64,000 bases of DNA from IMG/VR virus record IMGVR_UViG_3300032286_001377, positions 51,552 through 115,551 of that record; one strand, written 5' to 3'. Of this stretch, positions 32,001 through 41,905 are shown piece by piece. Every line of letters begins with the position of its first letter. Position 1 is the first letter of the stretch. The notes under the pieces were generated by a model. That model searched no databases. It saw only the letters and a program-made list of their open reading frames with translations, and had not been told where the DNA came from. The position numbers and the translations under genes are program-made. The DNA comes from a virus.

Positions 32001-34035
32001 TATGTGTCTCAGGAAGTGCTGGCTCAAAAAAGGACACACCGTTACCATATCCTTTTTCTTTGAAAGCCATAGTAGCAGTTGCTGTATGTAGCAAACTCAT
32101 CAAATATGGAGAATCCTTTGGACTGGCTCCAGAGTGGAGCATGTCCATAATAGATTGGGCAAACTCTTTATTTCTAGCTCCAGAAAGTCTCTTGCTCACT
32201 GGAAGAGATTCAATATCAGCGGATGCCTGATATTCTAACATTTTTCTTAACTTTTCCGGAACAATTCCACTTTCAATCGACTCTCTGAATTGTTGAACAA
32301 CCTCATCTTGATTTCGTTTAATTATATCTATGCTTCCAGGATCAGTGAAAAGTTGAGCATTAAAAGCTGCAGCAACGGGATCTACATAAACAGTTTCATT
32401 TTTTCTACCAATACCACTTAATATAAGACTTTCTATATCACCAGCTATTCCAGATTCACCCTTTACGGAATGTCTGCTTATAACCATTGCGTAACCTTCA
32501 AGATTTGGATCAAATTTACTATCTAATCCAAAAGCGTTTTTGATATTAAGAAACCTATCCACTGCTCCAGTATAAGTTCTTCCTCTGCCAGTCACCTGAG
32601 AATAATCGCCAGATGAAAGTCTGGCTATTTTATCATCTAACTCACTCATTATCGCTAGAGCTTTTTGCTTTTTGTGCGCATCAGAAGTAGATCCAAGCTG
32701 TGTGGCTATATCCTTTTTTTGAGCTCTTAATTGAGCTATGTATGTATTTAAGAATTTTTTATTCATTATATCTGCACCATCGAAAGACTTTTCAATACTC
32801 TCAAAAAGACCTTCAATAGCTGCAGAACGAGTAGCAGATCTGCTAGGATCAGAAACAGCAAAACCTGCTTTTAAATGCTCTTTAAGTTCCTTGCCTAAAA
32901 ATTTGTTTCCAGTACCACCAGGAAAATTAGTTATTGCTTGTTGAAGTTCAGATGTCTCAGATTGAGTAAGTGCATTTTCGGTAAAACTACCTAAAATACC
33001 TCTAACCTCTTTATCTGCGTTCATGCTCTTATAATAGGCTTGCAAAGCTTTATTGCCATCAAAATTATAATGTCTTCCATGAGCAAACTTTTTCAAAATT
33101 TCATATTCAGGATCAACAAATAAAGTTATATCCGATAACCTGCCTGATTGACCTAGTTTTGATTTAGTGCTTTTAGAAAATTTTTTAACCAAATCAGAGA
33201 GTTCATCTCCGGCCAAAGATATCTCTCTTGGGGCCAAATATGCTCTTTGTCTCTTTCCTATTTTTTCTACCATTTTAGCCAAAGCTTCACCAGTTCTTTC
33301 GCCAGTTGAACTAGGCCCCAGAGCATCAAGAAGATCTCCTTCATCATAAAATCCGTGACCGGTCATTGATAAAATAAGATTTGTTTGATATGTATCTAAA
33401 GATTTTCCACCATTAACTAAACTCAATATTCTCGCACCTTCATCGTCTGGCATAACAATTCCATCAACCATTCCAGATTGTTGCATTCTTTGAATTTGAG
33501 CAATTAACTCTGATGGAGAACCCTTCTTCTCCATTGTGTAAAGTCTTAGTTCAAGGTCTGAAAGATCTCCAACATTTATATTCGCTTTTCTTAAAACTTC
33601 TAAGTCATCAGAAGAAAGACTCCGCAGCTTTGTATGCATGTCTTCAAATATATTTCTTGCCGCACCATAGTTATCTGAAGATCGCGATGCTCTTTCCATG
33701 GCTTTACTTAAAGAGTCTGGAACGAAAGAAGTTCTCTTTCCAAAAACTTTTACATCAGCGATAGCCATCTGATTCACCTCATCGACGGCGTCTTCCATTG
33801 TATCCATTTTTTGACCTGTTGTGGCTATAACAAATTTAATCTTAGAACCAGGATCTGTTGACTCTGGTTCCAGTTTAATAAGACCACCTCTACCGTATGG
33901 AGTAAGTTTAAGTGCAGCTTCTGCTGCAGACATCCTTTTAGCTAAAGTATCATAAACTGTATTCACATTAAAAACAGGATTACTCAACCGTTCTCTTTTG
34001 CGAAATTCTCTAATAACATCTTTAATATCTCTCAT
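29050..34035 (-). CDS. Tape-measure-region protein, 1661 aa; candidate divergent single-chain two-barrel (virion) RNA polymerase
   Basis: Motif series FDG(419), QVTGR..K(499), SVK(525), MLHSGASPKDSPYL(632-645), GGFDLDD(750-756), FRQP(779-782), NLGMYVN(992-998), GID(1045); C-terminal hydrophobic helix. The CDS itself is certain; the confidence refers to the RNAP call. Confidence 0.55.
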   Translation of the reverse strand: MRDIKDVIREFRKRERLSNPVFNVNTVYDTLAKRMSAAEAALKLTPYGRGGLIKLEPESTDPGSKIKFVIATTGQKMDTMEDAVDEVNQMAIADVKVFGKRTSFVPDSLSKAMERASRSSDNYGAARNIFEDMHTKLRSLSSDDLEVLRKANINVGDLSDLELRLYTMEKKGSPSELIAQIQRMQQSGMVDGIVMPDDEGARILSLVNGGKSLDTYQTNLILSMTGHGFYDEGDLLDALGPSSTGERTGEALAKMVEKIGKRQRAYLAPREISLAGDELSDLVKKFSKSTKSKLGQSGRLSDITLFVDPEYEILKKFAHGRHYNFDGNKALQAYYKSMNADKEVRGILGSFTENALTQSETSELQQAITNFPGGTGNKFLGKELKEHLKAGFAVSDPSRSATRSAAIEGLFESIEKSFDGADIMNKKFLNTYIAQLRAQKKDIATQLGSTSDAHKKQKALAIMSELDDKIARLSSGDYSQVTGRGRTYTGAVDRFLNIKNAFGLDSKFDPNLEGYAMVISRHSVKGESGIAGDIESLILSGIGRKNETVYVDPVAAAFNAQLFTDPGSIDIIKRNQDEVVQQFRESIESGIVPEKLRKMLEYQASADIESLPVSKRLSGARNKEFAQSIMDMLHSGASPKDSPYLMSLLHTATATMAFKEKGYGNGVSFFEPALPETHRFAINTERGLMGTTDAGYLLGNSRNGSYGFETLDLFGSGGNRMSTDALKFRIKGHTMFIPNIAVGQFHHSLGGFDLDDKGIARTVTFEDSAGMKRLGFLSFRQPSGPEEFIFMRMNMDQESIKSMFGNDRFKNALAAIMQENAQNNITGADAAKFAQLQDVIEFTPTKGNRTLRIKNPDEIESAIVAVSERVGNSYTLTREGMARFAESGSSTLMLTDLVDKSGKKIIPEYTQRGVYKAFLESGAKFDMSEDIQSLLASPNISNELRSSLSSATDFNSMLEVLANHSDSRESSALIASALDKMTLKKIEQNSGNLGMYVNRSGIVGSTLDQYSAFLENASQSVRDYLLNPENINYSAGLIAQEEGIDLTVNLSTSKTVNLGVQQYLTNNMGVLDETKVSKAILDLYKTAGTKSAVSLNTIGEAAISSLGRRIGFTRAIGSTNQNTIAGIDEFLLKNKMNAGDRQRLLEDIIAGMEDAMQGTSSGAFQAVAARADIEAELQQYKKALVGDDKQIEDVLMKNVALSRDHAFASLSKLDYLARQTDVYLDTIRKKGLTGLKSNPVLALAQSSVAEDSLARYIVQKHGQDLATVSAMTSKVLKEGSALELYNWTAKINQIGENVLGDIHAASQVSGVEKKGLFNALDKLGAEAGFDIGALRFVAEAVGVDSMSDTAAATHFDIMANRQLRRLDHLRSLDQANAQSVLSIMGHGPANKLKADNLKDVADALIAPGSGTTLTDLQSNTLKALSERSSEITDNAARQQAVQQADVVRARLEYERLSAEGIKSPFSDVAEDLASVSQRLDAQGTISDLAQTVGAPDLARIEKEMIESVGIGESAVPTMFTPAKYKRFALKDIQEGGKYFDLISSPGMKKGLIGMSALIVGSFAYKAYKNRTHDDMSGPPLLPGGSAYEGGMPTRIPNLGSPDMGGYNPGINYNVSLYGDRKSVSEFNKQAGGLVNGNISTTMYNRIADVGRNPYGSLASSY

Positions 34036-37000
34036 CGCACTCCAGCAGAAACGCTAATTTGTTGCGAGCCGAATGGAGTACTCACAGGCGTAATGGTTCC
34101 AGTAACCCCGGTTCCAGCCATCAGTCTTTCCAATCTAGCCCTAATATCTCCTCTACTACTAGTACCAAAGAAATCTGGATAACTGGCATTTGCGAGATTT
34201 GCTTCCTTGATTTGCTGCGGATAATATCCCATTTGAGACATATCCAATCCCATATGCTGGCCTGTTTTAATTTTGACTTGATCTAAGTTAGTATTAGGAT
34301 TCCAGCCTTCCCAATCTTCACTGGGGAGTTCATGACTAGTAAAGTATTCATCCAAATCAGGAAGTTTTTCAACATCCATACCCCAAGCTGCTTCGTACAT
34401 TCTTCTCTCAAGTCTTCCAGCGGTTGAAAGTATTTTTCCTCTTTCCTGAACTGGTGCGTCCATCATTGCCTTAAAATGTTCTCTTTTACGTTTTGGTAAA
34501 GCGAATGATAGATTTTCAACATTAGGATTATCAATATTTGCACCATACATGGTACGTCTAGCAGCAGATCTAAACTGAGTGGCAGCTGCCATATCACCAG
34601 AAGCTGAAGCCATATTAGCAAGTCGGGTGTTCTTAACATAACTTAAGATATCAGAATATTCCTCAAGAGCTAATTCTTCTTTCCTTTTCTTTGGAATATA
34701 TCTTTCTCCAGAAATAAACTCCTGAACCTTTCCGCCAGTTGATGACAAAGCACCCGCTGCACCTCCGACAACAGTACCAAAAAGTTTTGCTCTTGGAGTT
34801 CTACCGAAAAAGGCACCCGTTGTTGCTAACGCTGCAGATGCAAGAAGTGGATTCCTTTGAGTACTTTCTTGCAACATTGGTTTAATGTAACTTTCTACCG
34901 GATTCTGCCATTGCGGGAAAGTAGTTCCATAAACGTTGCTTCTCTCCCAATCCTCTAAGGCCGTTCTTTTTCCAATAGCTTTTGTTAAGATAAAGTTATC
35001 GGAGTGAGCTAGCATCTCCCCAATTCTTCCCATCCCAAATTTAATTGGATGCATCGCAGCTTCTTCTGGGCTTGAATACTTATATTTATATTCAGAAAAA
35101 TCATGACGTACAGTCGTATCTTCAGCTTGCTGTCTAATTGTAGCAACTTCGACTTTTTCCTCTGGAGTTAAAGCCTTTTTATTTATTAAAGAATTAACTC
35201 GTTTGAACTGCTGCGAATATGGTGCAACATCACCAAGAATATTTAACTGATCTATTAATCCATATCTTCCAGTTTCATCTGGATGTAATTTATTAAATCT
35301 TTCATAAGCTACACCAGGAAGTCTTAATTCGCCTTCTTGAACTTTAGTAAAAGGGTCTCCAGTTCTAAAGTTCATATAATACTCTGCGCCAGGAAGCCAT
35401 GGATTTTCTTTACCCATCCTATTTTGAATAGGATTTAAGTAATCTACACCAGTTCTATCTTTTGGAATAAATCTTCTAACTATTTCAGAAAATTCAATAT
35501 TACCAATACCTTCAGATCCGCCAATTGGAACGTCACCTAAACCACCAAGATTTAAATCCCAGAATGCTCTAGATGAGCCATAAGCTTTACTAGCAGACTG
35601 TAAGACTGCTCTTTGTGGATCTAAATCAGATTTTCCAAAACCCAAACTTTCACGAGCAGATCCGAAAGCAAAACCATAAATACCTAACATTTCTTGAGCG
35701 CGATATCCTGCTTCGGTTGCTTGAAATTCACTTCTTCCCGGCATGAGGGGGGTTCCGGAAGGTACAATTCTAGGATTCATAACCTTAGAAACTTTAGGTG
35801 GACCATAGGCTAGTTGTGAATATCCAGAGTTTATGTCTGAAATCTTATTTCTTGTCATGCCTCTTGCCATAAACGTGCTACCGGCACGTGATGCCATATC
35901 ACTATTGTATTGTCCTTGGTATCCGCCACCGCCAAATCCAGACGATCCACCACCAAAGCCAAATCCACCTCCATATCCACCACCTCCATATCCGCCACCG
36001 CCGCCATATCCTCCGACTTGCGTGCTAGATGTATACGCAGTAGCATCATATGCTCCAAACTGACCTGCAGGAGCATAAGAAGCTAATCCTGCTGTTAATT
36101 CTTCTCCGTGCATGATCTTTTGTGGTTTTAGTATTCTTCCTAATGTAGCATTTGCGATAGGCACGAGGGGTCCAAATGGGCCAGAAAAATATTCTCCAGT
36201 TACAGGATATGGTCTATCTTCATAATGCTTGCGTTCAAATCTATAAGGATCTAATGGTCTCAATGGAGAAATATCATTATCGAACAAGAATTTTTCAGCC
36301 GGACTACCATATGTATCGCTGGTAAACATGGCTCCACCTTGAAGTTTTCGATACCAAGATGGGCGATAATACATAATCTTTCCGCCCTTAAAAGGAGTAT
36401 TTCCCAATGGCCAGAAGCGACCTTGCCGAATTGGAACCTCTCCCTCAACTAACTGTTCTCTTTTTTCCTGATAGCTCATTCCACCAGGAATAAGTCCAGC
36501 TGCAGCAGCGTGAGCTTCCACTCCAACCTTTGCAGCGGTGCCAAGAACAAGTGGAGAATATACCCTTTCTCCATTTTCATCTTTTTCATTGACCATTCCT
36601 CCCATTGTTCTGTCTATTGTCATAGCTGCGGTACCTGCCGCATATAATGGGAGAACTCTCTTTCCAGCCATTCCTCTAGCGAATAAATCTAGAGGACCAT
36701 TAAACTTGGATACATCTAACTGCATACCTAAAGTTCCGAAGTACCTGTTTAATCTTTCTACACCCTGAGACGCTGGAACGCTAGCTAATGAAAATGATTC
36801 TGGATCAGAATAAGTTGTAAGCCCTAACGCACTCTTTATTGCGCCCTGTGGATTTCTTCCAAATACTGTACCAAAGGTTGGAACTAAAGTAGTATATTGT
36901 CCAGACCCTAATGGATCAGTAGTCATGCTATCTGGCCTATATGGAGCCGTTCCAAATGCTCTTTTAGCTGGCGTTAAAAGAGGCGAAAATCTTTTTCGAA

Positions 37001-40000
37001 TCGATCCACCAATTTGAGCTATATCACCCTTAATGAATGGGTCATACAAACTTTTTGCACCGGGCGCTGAACTCAAACCCATAGCCTGAGTAATAGCTAG
37101 ACGGGCACTTTGAATGTTAGAGTCCCCCTGCTTATAGCTCATATAAGAACTAAGATTGAAAAGAGTACCCAACCCAGCAGCTTGTGCTTCAGTTCTCTGA
37201 GCTGGACTAATCGCACCAGACTTAACAAGATCATCTACTGCTGTCTGAATCTTTATAAAGATTTCATCTTTATTAACACTACCAGAAGTTAACTGATTTG
37301 ATTGAGCAATATATCTAAAAATTTCATTTTTTAATTCATCATATTTAGTAGAAATAGTAGGAGATTTTTGAGCCATCATCGAAACAGCACTTAGGTCAGC
37401 CTCATCCATTAGTCTACTCATTCTGGAAGCTGAAGAAAGAATTGGTGTTGGATCTTGCCCTGACGATCTCAATTGCCTAGCTAACTGAGACTGAGTTTTT
37501 TCAATTTGCCTACCAAAATCAATTAAATCCTGATGACTCTGTATCTCAGAAACGCCTTTGCCTCTAAAAGTAAATAAATCTGGAGTCTTATCTTCAAGCT
37601 CTTTCATCAACTTAACTGGCATCCCGGCTTCAGATAGTGTTCTATCTCTTAATGACGAATACGCCCTTATTAAATCAGCCTCCTGGAATCCAGAGATTAT
37701 ATTATTAGATCTATCTACAAGAGAAATAGATCCATCCGGCATCGTGGTCAACCGTCCCGAAGTTTTAGCAGCACCTCTCGCTCCTGGTATTGCAATTTCT
37801 TCTCCAGCCAACAATCTTGACATAACTTCAGGATTATATGGATCATAATTTCTTCTTCTAAATCGAGATAACTGACCAAAAATAGAATTAGGCTGATCTG
37901 AACTAACCGCCATTCTATCTCTAATCTTCAACATCCTATCTTGACCAGAAGGACTTAGTATTCTATTCAAAAAATTAGAATTTAATTCCTCCCTAATCTG
38001 CTCAGGATTCGCACCCTGCAGATCAGAGGCATAACGTGTATGCCTGGTCAGTAAATCCATAGCATTAGTCGGCAATGCGCGATAAGAACCCTTAAGAGTT
38101 TCACTAACTAACTCTCCAGTATTTTCATCAGTCCTAAAAGCAGTAACAGCGCCTTTCAATCCTTTAGTTCTATTGAACATATAGAAGTCAGGACGCACTG
38201 CCCCTTCTTCCAAAAATGGTTGCACAGATCTGGAAGAAATATATTGAACAGATGGTCTTCTATACATCTCTTTAAAAGAATTGTATCCAACAAGATCTGT
38301 TGGATTAAAACCTAAAATAGGAATCTTAAACTCTGATGCTAAAAAGTTACCAATACTAGACGCCGTTGACCTAAGAGCAGTGAAGTCAAGTATTTCACCA
38401 CGACCGCTCTTATAGACGCCATCTAATCTACTTAAGCCTATTGACTTTGAAACAGGGTCCTGAATAGCCATTCTTCCAGCAAGCTGTCGAATGATGGCCT
38501 GGTCTTCATCGGGAATATGTTTGAACATTCCACGATCTTGCGCCTCGTCAATTGTAACTTGCTGTAATCCAAAAAGATTTTGACCACCACTAAAAACACC
38601 TGATGTCATCTTCTTATTCTTAATCAAGAATGCACGCAAATCAGTAAAATTACTAGGATCTATACCACGATTTCTAAGCTGATCAAGAACCATATCATTG
38701 GTAACCATTTGACCATTTTGATGCGTCAGTTTAATACCTAATGTTTCAGCAGTTTTTCTCTGCATGAACTCTAGCTTTGCGTCGGTTGGCTCGCCAATGA
38801 AATCTTGATAAAGAGCTTTCTTTGGCTTTAAAATCCCGCCTGCAGCTTGATGCAGATCTTCTCTTTGGAACTTATTCCAAGAATTTGCAATACGATTATT
38901 TAAACGCTTTTGAAACTCCGTACTAGTGAAAGCATTTCTTGATCTTTCTATTGCATCAGCTAAAGCATCAGCGTTAAAGTTTGGATTCTCTACAAGATTT
39001 TTACTACCTTTTATTTGACTATATCTTTTGATTATCTGACCAAAAAAATCTTCAGATTCAGACTTAGCTGTCGAACCCTGCTCTAATATCTGAGCTTTTC
39101 CAATAGAAACAATCTTAGTCATATCGCTAGTTGACCCAGGTATAGATACCTCTAAATGCGCAATAAATCGTTCCGCGTCACGCTTATTGATACCTTTATT
39201 AATTAACTGTTTTTCAAGTAAATCTTTATAGGCGTCCGTTTGCATGCCATTATTAAATTGGCTCTTAGCAAATGTTTCAGAACCAGGGCCTCCACCACCA
39301 AGTATTCTAATATCTTTAGCTAAATTAGACAATCTTGATGAGTGCTGAGACTGAATCTTTTTAATAGATTCCGCTAAAGCATTCTGCCCATTATTGCCAG
39401 TAAAAATTCTAGAATTATCAATAACCTTCTTAAATGCCATAGGACTTTGCATGGCATCATAAGCCTCACCAAGGCCCTTAAATTCCTTTACGCCGACTGA
39501 TATAGCAGAACTGGTACCCCTGAAGGCGGGAATGAGGTCTATTGCTGAACCGTATTTTTGCTGTCCATCAGAATATCCTGTAAAAAGATTTTTAAATTGA
39601 GTCTTCCTCAACTCCGCTTTAGAGGAGTTGGTCAACAAAGCCTTCTCTTGAGCCTTATCCCACCCCGCCCTCAGGTTATGCAAGGTTTGAACAAAACCTG
39701 ATTCTTGCGTTCTAAATTCAGTAGCGGCAGCATTGAAAGCGCCAGATGTTTGAGCACCTTTTTTCAAAAGTTTATTTGTCAGAGAAGCAAAATCGTGACC
39801 AACTTCAGCGAGAACTTCAGATACGTTAACAAAATTCTGATGGAGCTTTTGCCTAGCCGGTGTTAAACTTCTAATATCAGACTCTGCATACTTGAGTGTA
39901 TGAATAGAACTTTTTAAAGTAGTTCCCGCCGCGCCTGCTGCCTCAAATGGAAGAATCATTGTAGTCATGGACTTTACTGATTCAGTAGTAAAGTCAGCAA

Positions 40001-40673
40001 CAACATCTACAGGATTATACCATTTTGTTTTAGGCTTTCCCTCTTCACGCTTACCAAAAACGGGATCTACAATAGCTTTTTGGCCAATATAAAAAGCCGG
40101 TAACTCATACGGCATTCTTCTTCCAGCTCTAACTAACCTTTGCTGAAGTTCATCCCTATATTGCCAAACTGCTGTTGGTGAACCAAATCCACTTTTATTG
40201 CCAGCTAATCGACGTTCTTCTTTGGTTAAAAATCCAAAACCAAATCTTTCACTAGATACACCATCATATCCTGTTGTTAATTTATCCGTACCATAAACTA
40301 ACTTGCTATATGGATTGCTCTCACCATCAACATATCTACTTACGCCTTCAAGTTCATCAAGGTGTCTGCGAATTTGCTTTCCAGTTTGCACTGCTCTAGT
40401 AACAACATCTGGAGCAGTCTTGTTCGCAACTTTTTCTTCTGCAAACTTGACTAACTTAAGACCGCCCTCTTTTACCACCTTAGAGAGTACTGCTGCGACA
40501 GCCATTGTTGCCGCCGATGTAGCAACAAAGCGCATAAGGGGATGGTCGTTTAGAGCTCTTGATATAAAACCAGAATTAGGTGCATCGCCCTCATCTTCGC
40601 CCTCCTGTATAGGGACATCGCGAGACATGACGCCATTACCTAAATTATATAAAGGTCCAGGATCTCTTATCAA
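34032..40673 (-). CDS. Probable tape-measure / ejected internal tail protein, 2213 aa
   Basis: Directly follows the tail chaperones; helical, Ala/Gly/Lys-rich, with hydrophobic helices near both ends and a Gly-rich tract. Confidence 0.6.
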   Translation of the reverse strand: MIRDPGPLYNLGNGVMSRDVPIQEGEDEGDAPNSGFISRALNDHPLMRFVATSAATMAVAAVLSKVVKEGGLKLVKFAEEKVANKTAPDVVTRAVQTGKQIRRHLDELEGVSRYVDGESNPYSKLVYGTDKLTTGYDGVSSERFGFGFLTKEERRLAGNKSGFGSPTAVWQYRDELQQRLVRAGRRMPYELPAFYIGQKAIVDPVFGKREEGKPKTKWYNPVDVVADFTTESVKSMTTMILPFEAAGAAGTTLKSSIHTLKYAESDIRSLTPARQKLHQNFVNVSEVLAEVGHDFASLTNKLLKKGAQTSGAFNAAATEFRTQESGFVQTLHNLRAGWDKAQEKALLTNSSKAELRKTQFKNLFTGYSDGQQKYGSAIDLIPAFRGTSSAISVGVKEFKGLGEAYDAMQSPMAFKKVIDNSRIFTGNNGQNALAESIKKIQSQHSSRLSNLAKDIRILGGGGPGSETFAKSQFNNGMQTDAYKDLLEKQLINKGINKRDAERFIAHLEVSIPGSTSDMTKIVSIGKAQILEQGSTAKSESEDFFGQIIKRYSQIKGSKNLVENPNFNADALADAIERSRNAFTSTEFQKRLNNRIANSWNKFQREDLHQAAGGILKPKKALYQDFIGEPTDAKLEFMQRKTAETLGIKLTHQNGQMVTNDMVLDQLRNRGIDPSNFTDLRAFLIKNKKMTSGVFSGGQNLFGLQQVTIDEAQDRGMFKHIPDEDQAIIRQLAGRMAIQDPVSKSIGLSRLDGVYKSGRGEILDFTALRSTASSIGNFLASEFKIPILGFNPTDLVGYNSFKEMYRRPSVQYISSRSVQPFLEEGAVRPDFYMFNRTKGLKGAVTAFRTDENTGELVSETLKGSYRALPTNAMDLLTRHTRYASDLQGANPEQIREELNSNFLNRILSPSGQDRMLKIRDRMAVSSDQPNSIFGQLSRFRRRNYDPYNPEVMSRLLAGEEIAIPGARGAAKTSGRLTTMPDGSISLVDRSNNIISGFQEADLIRAYSSLRDRTLSEAGMPVKLMKELEDKTPDLFTFRGKGVSEIQSHQDLIDFGRQIEKTQSQLARQLRSSGQDPTPILSSASRMSRLMDEADLSAVSMMAQKSPTISTKYDELKNEIFRYIAQSNQLTSGSVNKDEIFIKIQTAVDDLVKSGAISPAQRTEAQAAGLGTLFNLSSYMSYKQGDSNIQSARLAITQAMGLSSAPGAKSLYDPFIKGDIAQIGGSIRKRFSPLLTPAKRAFGTAPYRPDSMTTDPLGSGQYTTLVPTFGTVFGRNPQGAIKSALGLTTYSDPESFSLASVPASQGVERLNRYFGTLGMQLDVSKFNGPLDLFARGMAGKRVLPLYAAGTAAMTIDRTMGGMVNEKDENGERVYSPLVLGTAAKVGVEAHAAAAGLIPGGMSYQEKREQLVEGEVPIRQGRFWPLGNTPFKGGKIMYYRPSWYRKLQGGAMFTSDTYGSPAEKFLFDNDISPLRPLDPYRFERKHYEDRPYPVTGEYFSGPFGPLVPIANATLGRILKPQKIMHGEELTAGLASYAPAGQFGAYDATAYTSSTQVGGYGGGGGYGGGGYGGGFGFGGGSSGFGGGGYQGQYNSDMASRAGSTFMARGMTRNKISDINSGYSQLAYGPPKVSKVMNPRIVPSGTPLMPGRSEFQATEAGYRAQEMLGIYGFAFGSARESLGFGKSDLDPQRAVLQSASKAYGSSRAFWDLNLGGLGDVPIGGSEGIGNIEFSEIVRRFIPKDRTGVDYLNPIQNRMGKENPWLPGAEYYMNFRTGDPFTKVQEGELRLPGVAYERFNKLHPDETGRYGLIDQLNILGDVAPYSQQFKRVNSLINKKALTPEEKVEVATIRQQAEDTTVRHDFSEYKYKYSSPEEAAMHPIKFGMGRIGEMLAHSDNFILTKAIGKRTALEDWERSNVYGTTFPQWQNPVESYIKPMLQESTQRNPLLASAALATTGAFFGRTPRAKLFGTVVGGAAGALSSTGGKVQEFISGERYIPKKRKEELALEEYSDILSYVKNTRLANMASASGDMAAATQFRSAARRTMYGANIDNPNVENLSFALPKRKREHFKAMMDAPVQERGKILSTAGRLERRMYEAAWGMDVEKLPDLDEYFTSHELPSEDWEGWNPNTNLDQVKIKTGQHMGLDMSQMGYYPQQIKEANLANASYPDFFGTSSRGDIRARLERLMAGTGVTGTITPVSTPFGSQQISVSAGVR

Positions 40674-40686
40674 TTTAAAATCCTAT

Positions 40687-41316
40687 CTATTTCATTCCCC
40701 ATAGTTTTTGAGCGATTGGGTCCTCATATGCTGCTTCGCCTTCTTTCTTAGAAAGGTTATGCCGAGCTGCTCGTACCTTCTCTTTTTCTTCTTCTTCTTC
40801 AGGATCAATTAACTGCAAAGTAAGATCAGTGGACTGAATGCCATTAATTCCCTGTTTAATTTCTATAATCTTTTCTGCAAGAGCGACTTTTTCAGCCAGT
40901 TCACTAAAAGTCATATTCTCTAAATCCTCTGGAGAATAAGAAGCAATAGCTGCCAACACAAAAGCCTTCATAATATTTTTAACTTCAGATGCTTCAGCTC
41001 TTTTTAAGTCTAATGTTTGCTTAGCAATCTTTGCTGAAGTTATTCCAGATAAATCTAAAATATCTTGAGCAAGCGAGGAAACATTGCCGGGTGGAATTTT
41101 ATATATATCAAAATCTTCTGGATAGATAATTCCAAAAGATAAAATTAAATCTTCTAAATCGGCAGAAGAGGAATCATCTAGATCTTGATATGACAATACC
41201 TGACTATATTCTTTAAAGGTCAACTCTCTAAAAATAAGAGTAATATTCTTTATATCTACAGAATATATATTTCCATACTTTTTCTTAAAATTAAAAATTA
41301 ATTCAGAATCAATCAT
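40687..41316 (-). CDS. Tail assembly chaperone-like protein 2
   Basis: Lies between the tube genes and the tape measure. FKKKYGNIY..FRELTFKEY..IIYP..PGNVSSLAQDILDLSG parallels the upstream gene. Confidence 0.65.
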   Translation of the reverse strand: MIDSELIFNFKKKYGNIYSVDIKNITLIFRELTFKEYSQVLSYQDLDDSSSADLEDLILSFGIIYPEDFDIYKIPPGNVSSLAQDILDLSGITSAKIAKQTLDLKRAEASEVKNIMKAFVLAAIASYSPEDLENMTFSELAEKVALAEKIIEIKQGINGIQSTDLTLQLIDPEEEEEKEKVRAARHNLSKKEGEAAYEDPIAQKLWGMK

Positions 41317-41318
41317 TT

Positions 41319-41849
41319 CTACAATTGTCTTACCTCAAGAGCTACGAAACCTGAAGCCTCTAAAACCTCTTGCGAAATCAAAGAAGGTAGGCCAGCCATG
41401 GCTCCCGATAAAGATCCACCATCAAGCTTGGGGTAAAGAATGCACAACTCCGCAATAGCTTCTTCGTTCCACATGTTTGCTTCAGCAGAACTCAACTGTC
41501 CACCCTGAATAAGCTGTTCCATCTTCTTAACAATCTGCTTATATTCCAATCTTGACAAGACTCTCCATACCACATGCTTATCAAATGTGATTGAAGTAAC
41601 ATATACGTCCTCATACTGCTGCTTCCATGCCTTAATCATTCCAGCCGTAGGACCACCATCCCATATTAATTCATCATCATCTAGATCTTCAACAGACTGT
41701 GCTTGATCGTCATCAAAATCACTGTCATCGCCAACCTGCACCTCTACAGTGCCATCATCTGACATTGTAAAACTAGCAATGTCGTCATACTCTAACTTAT
41801 CTGCAGCCTCAGGAGTATCTACTACTGAAACTTTTCTTTGATTAGCCAT
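41319..41849 (-). CDS. Tail assembly chaperone-like protein 1
   Basis: WKQQYEDVY..WRVLSRLEY..ILYP..AGLPSLISQEVLEASGF; acidic N terminus; AGGAG RBS; position after the tube genes. Confidence 0.68.
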   Translation of the reverse strand: MANQRKVSVVDTPEAADKLEYDDIASFTMSDDGTVEVQVGDDSDFDDDQAQSVEDLDDDELIWDGGPTAGMIKAWKQQYEDVYVTSITFDKHVVWRVLSRLEYKQIVKKMEQLIQGGQLSSAEANMWNEEAIAELCILYPKLDGGSLSGAMAGLPSLISQEVLEASGFVALEVRQL

Positions 41850-41905
41850 TATTATCTCCTAAAATATTTTTTTATTATACATGATATCAAAAACACATAA
41901 TTTAA

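Noticed and set aside
41300-41340. Programmed frameshift between the tail chaperones
   Set aside because: No clear slippery heptamer before the TAG; the second gene has its own ATG and is a full paralogue of the first.
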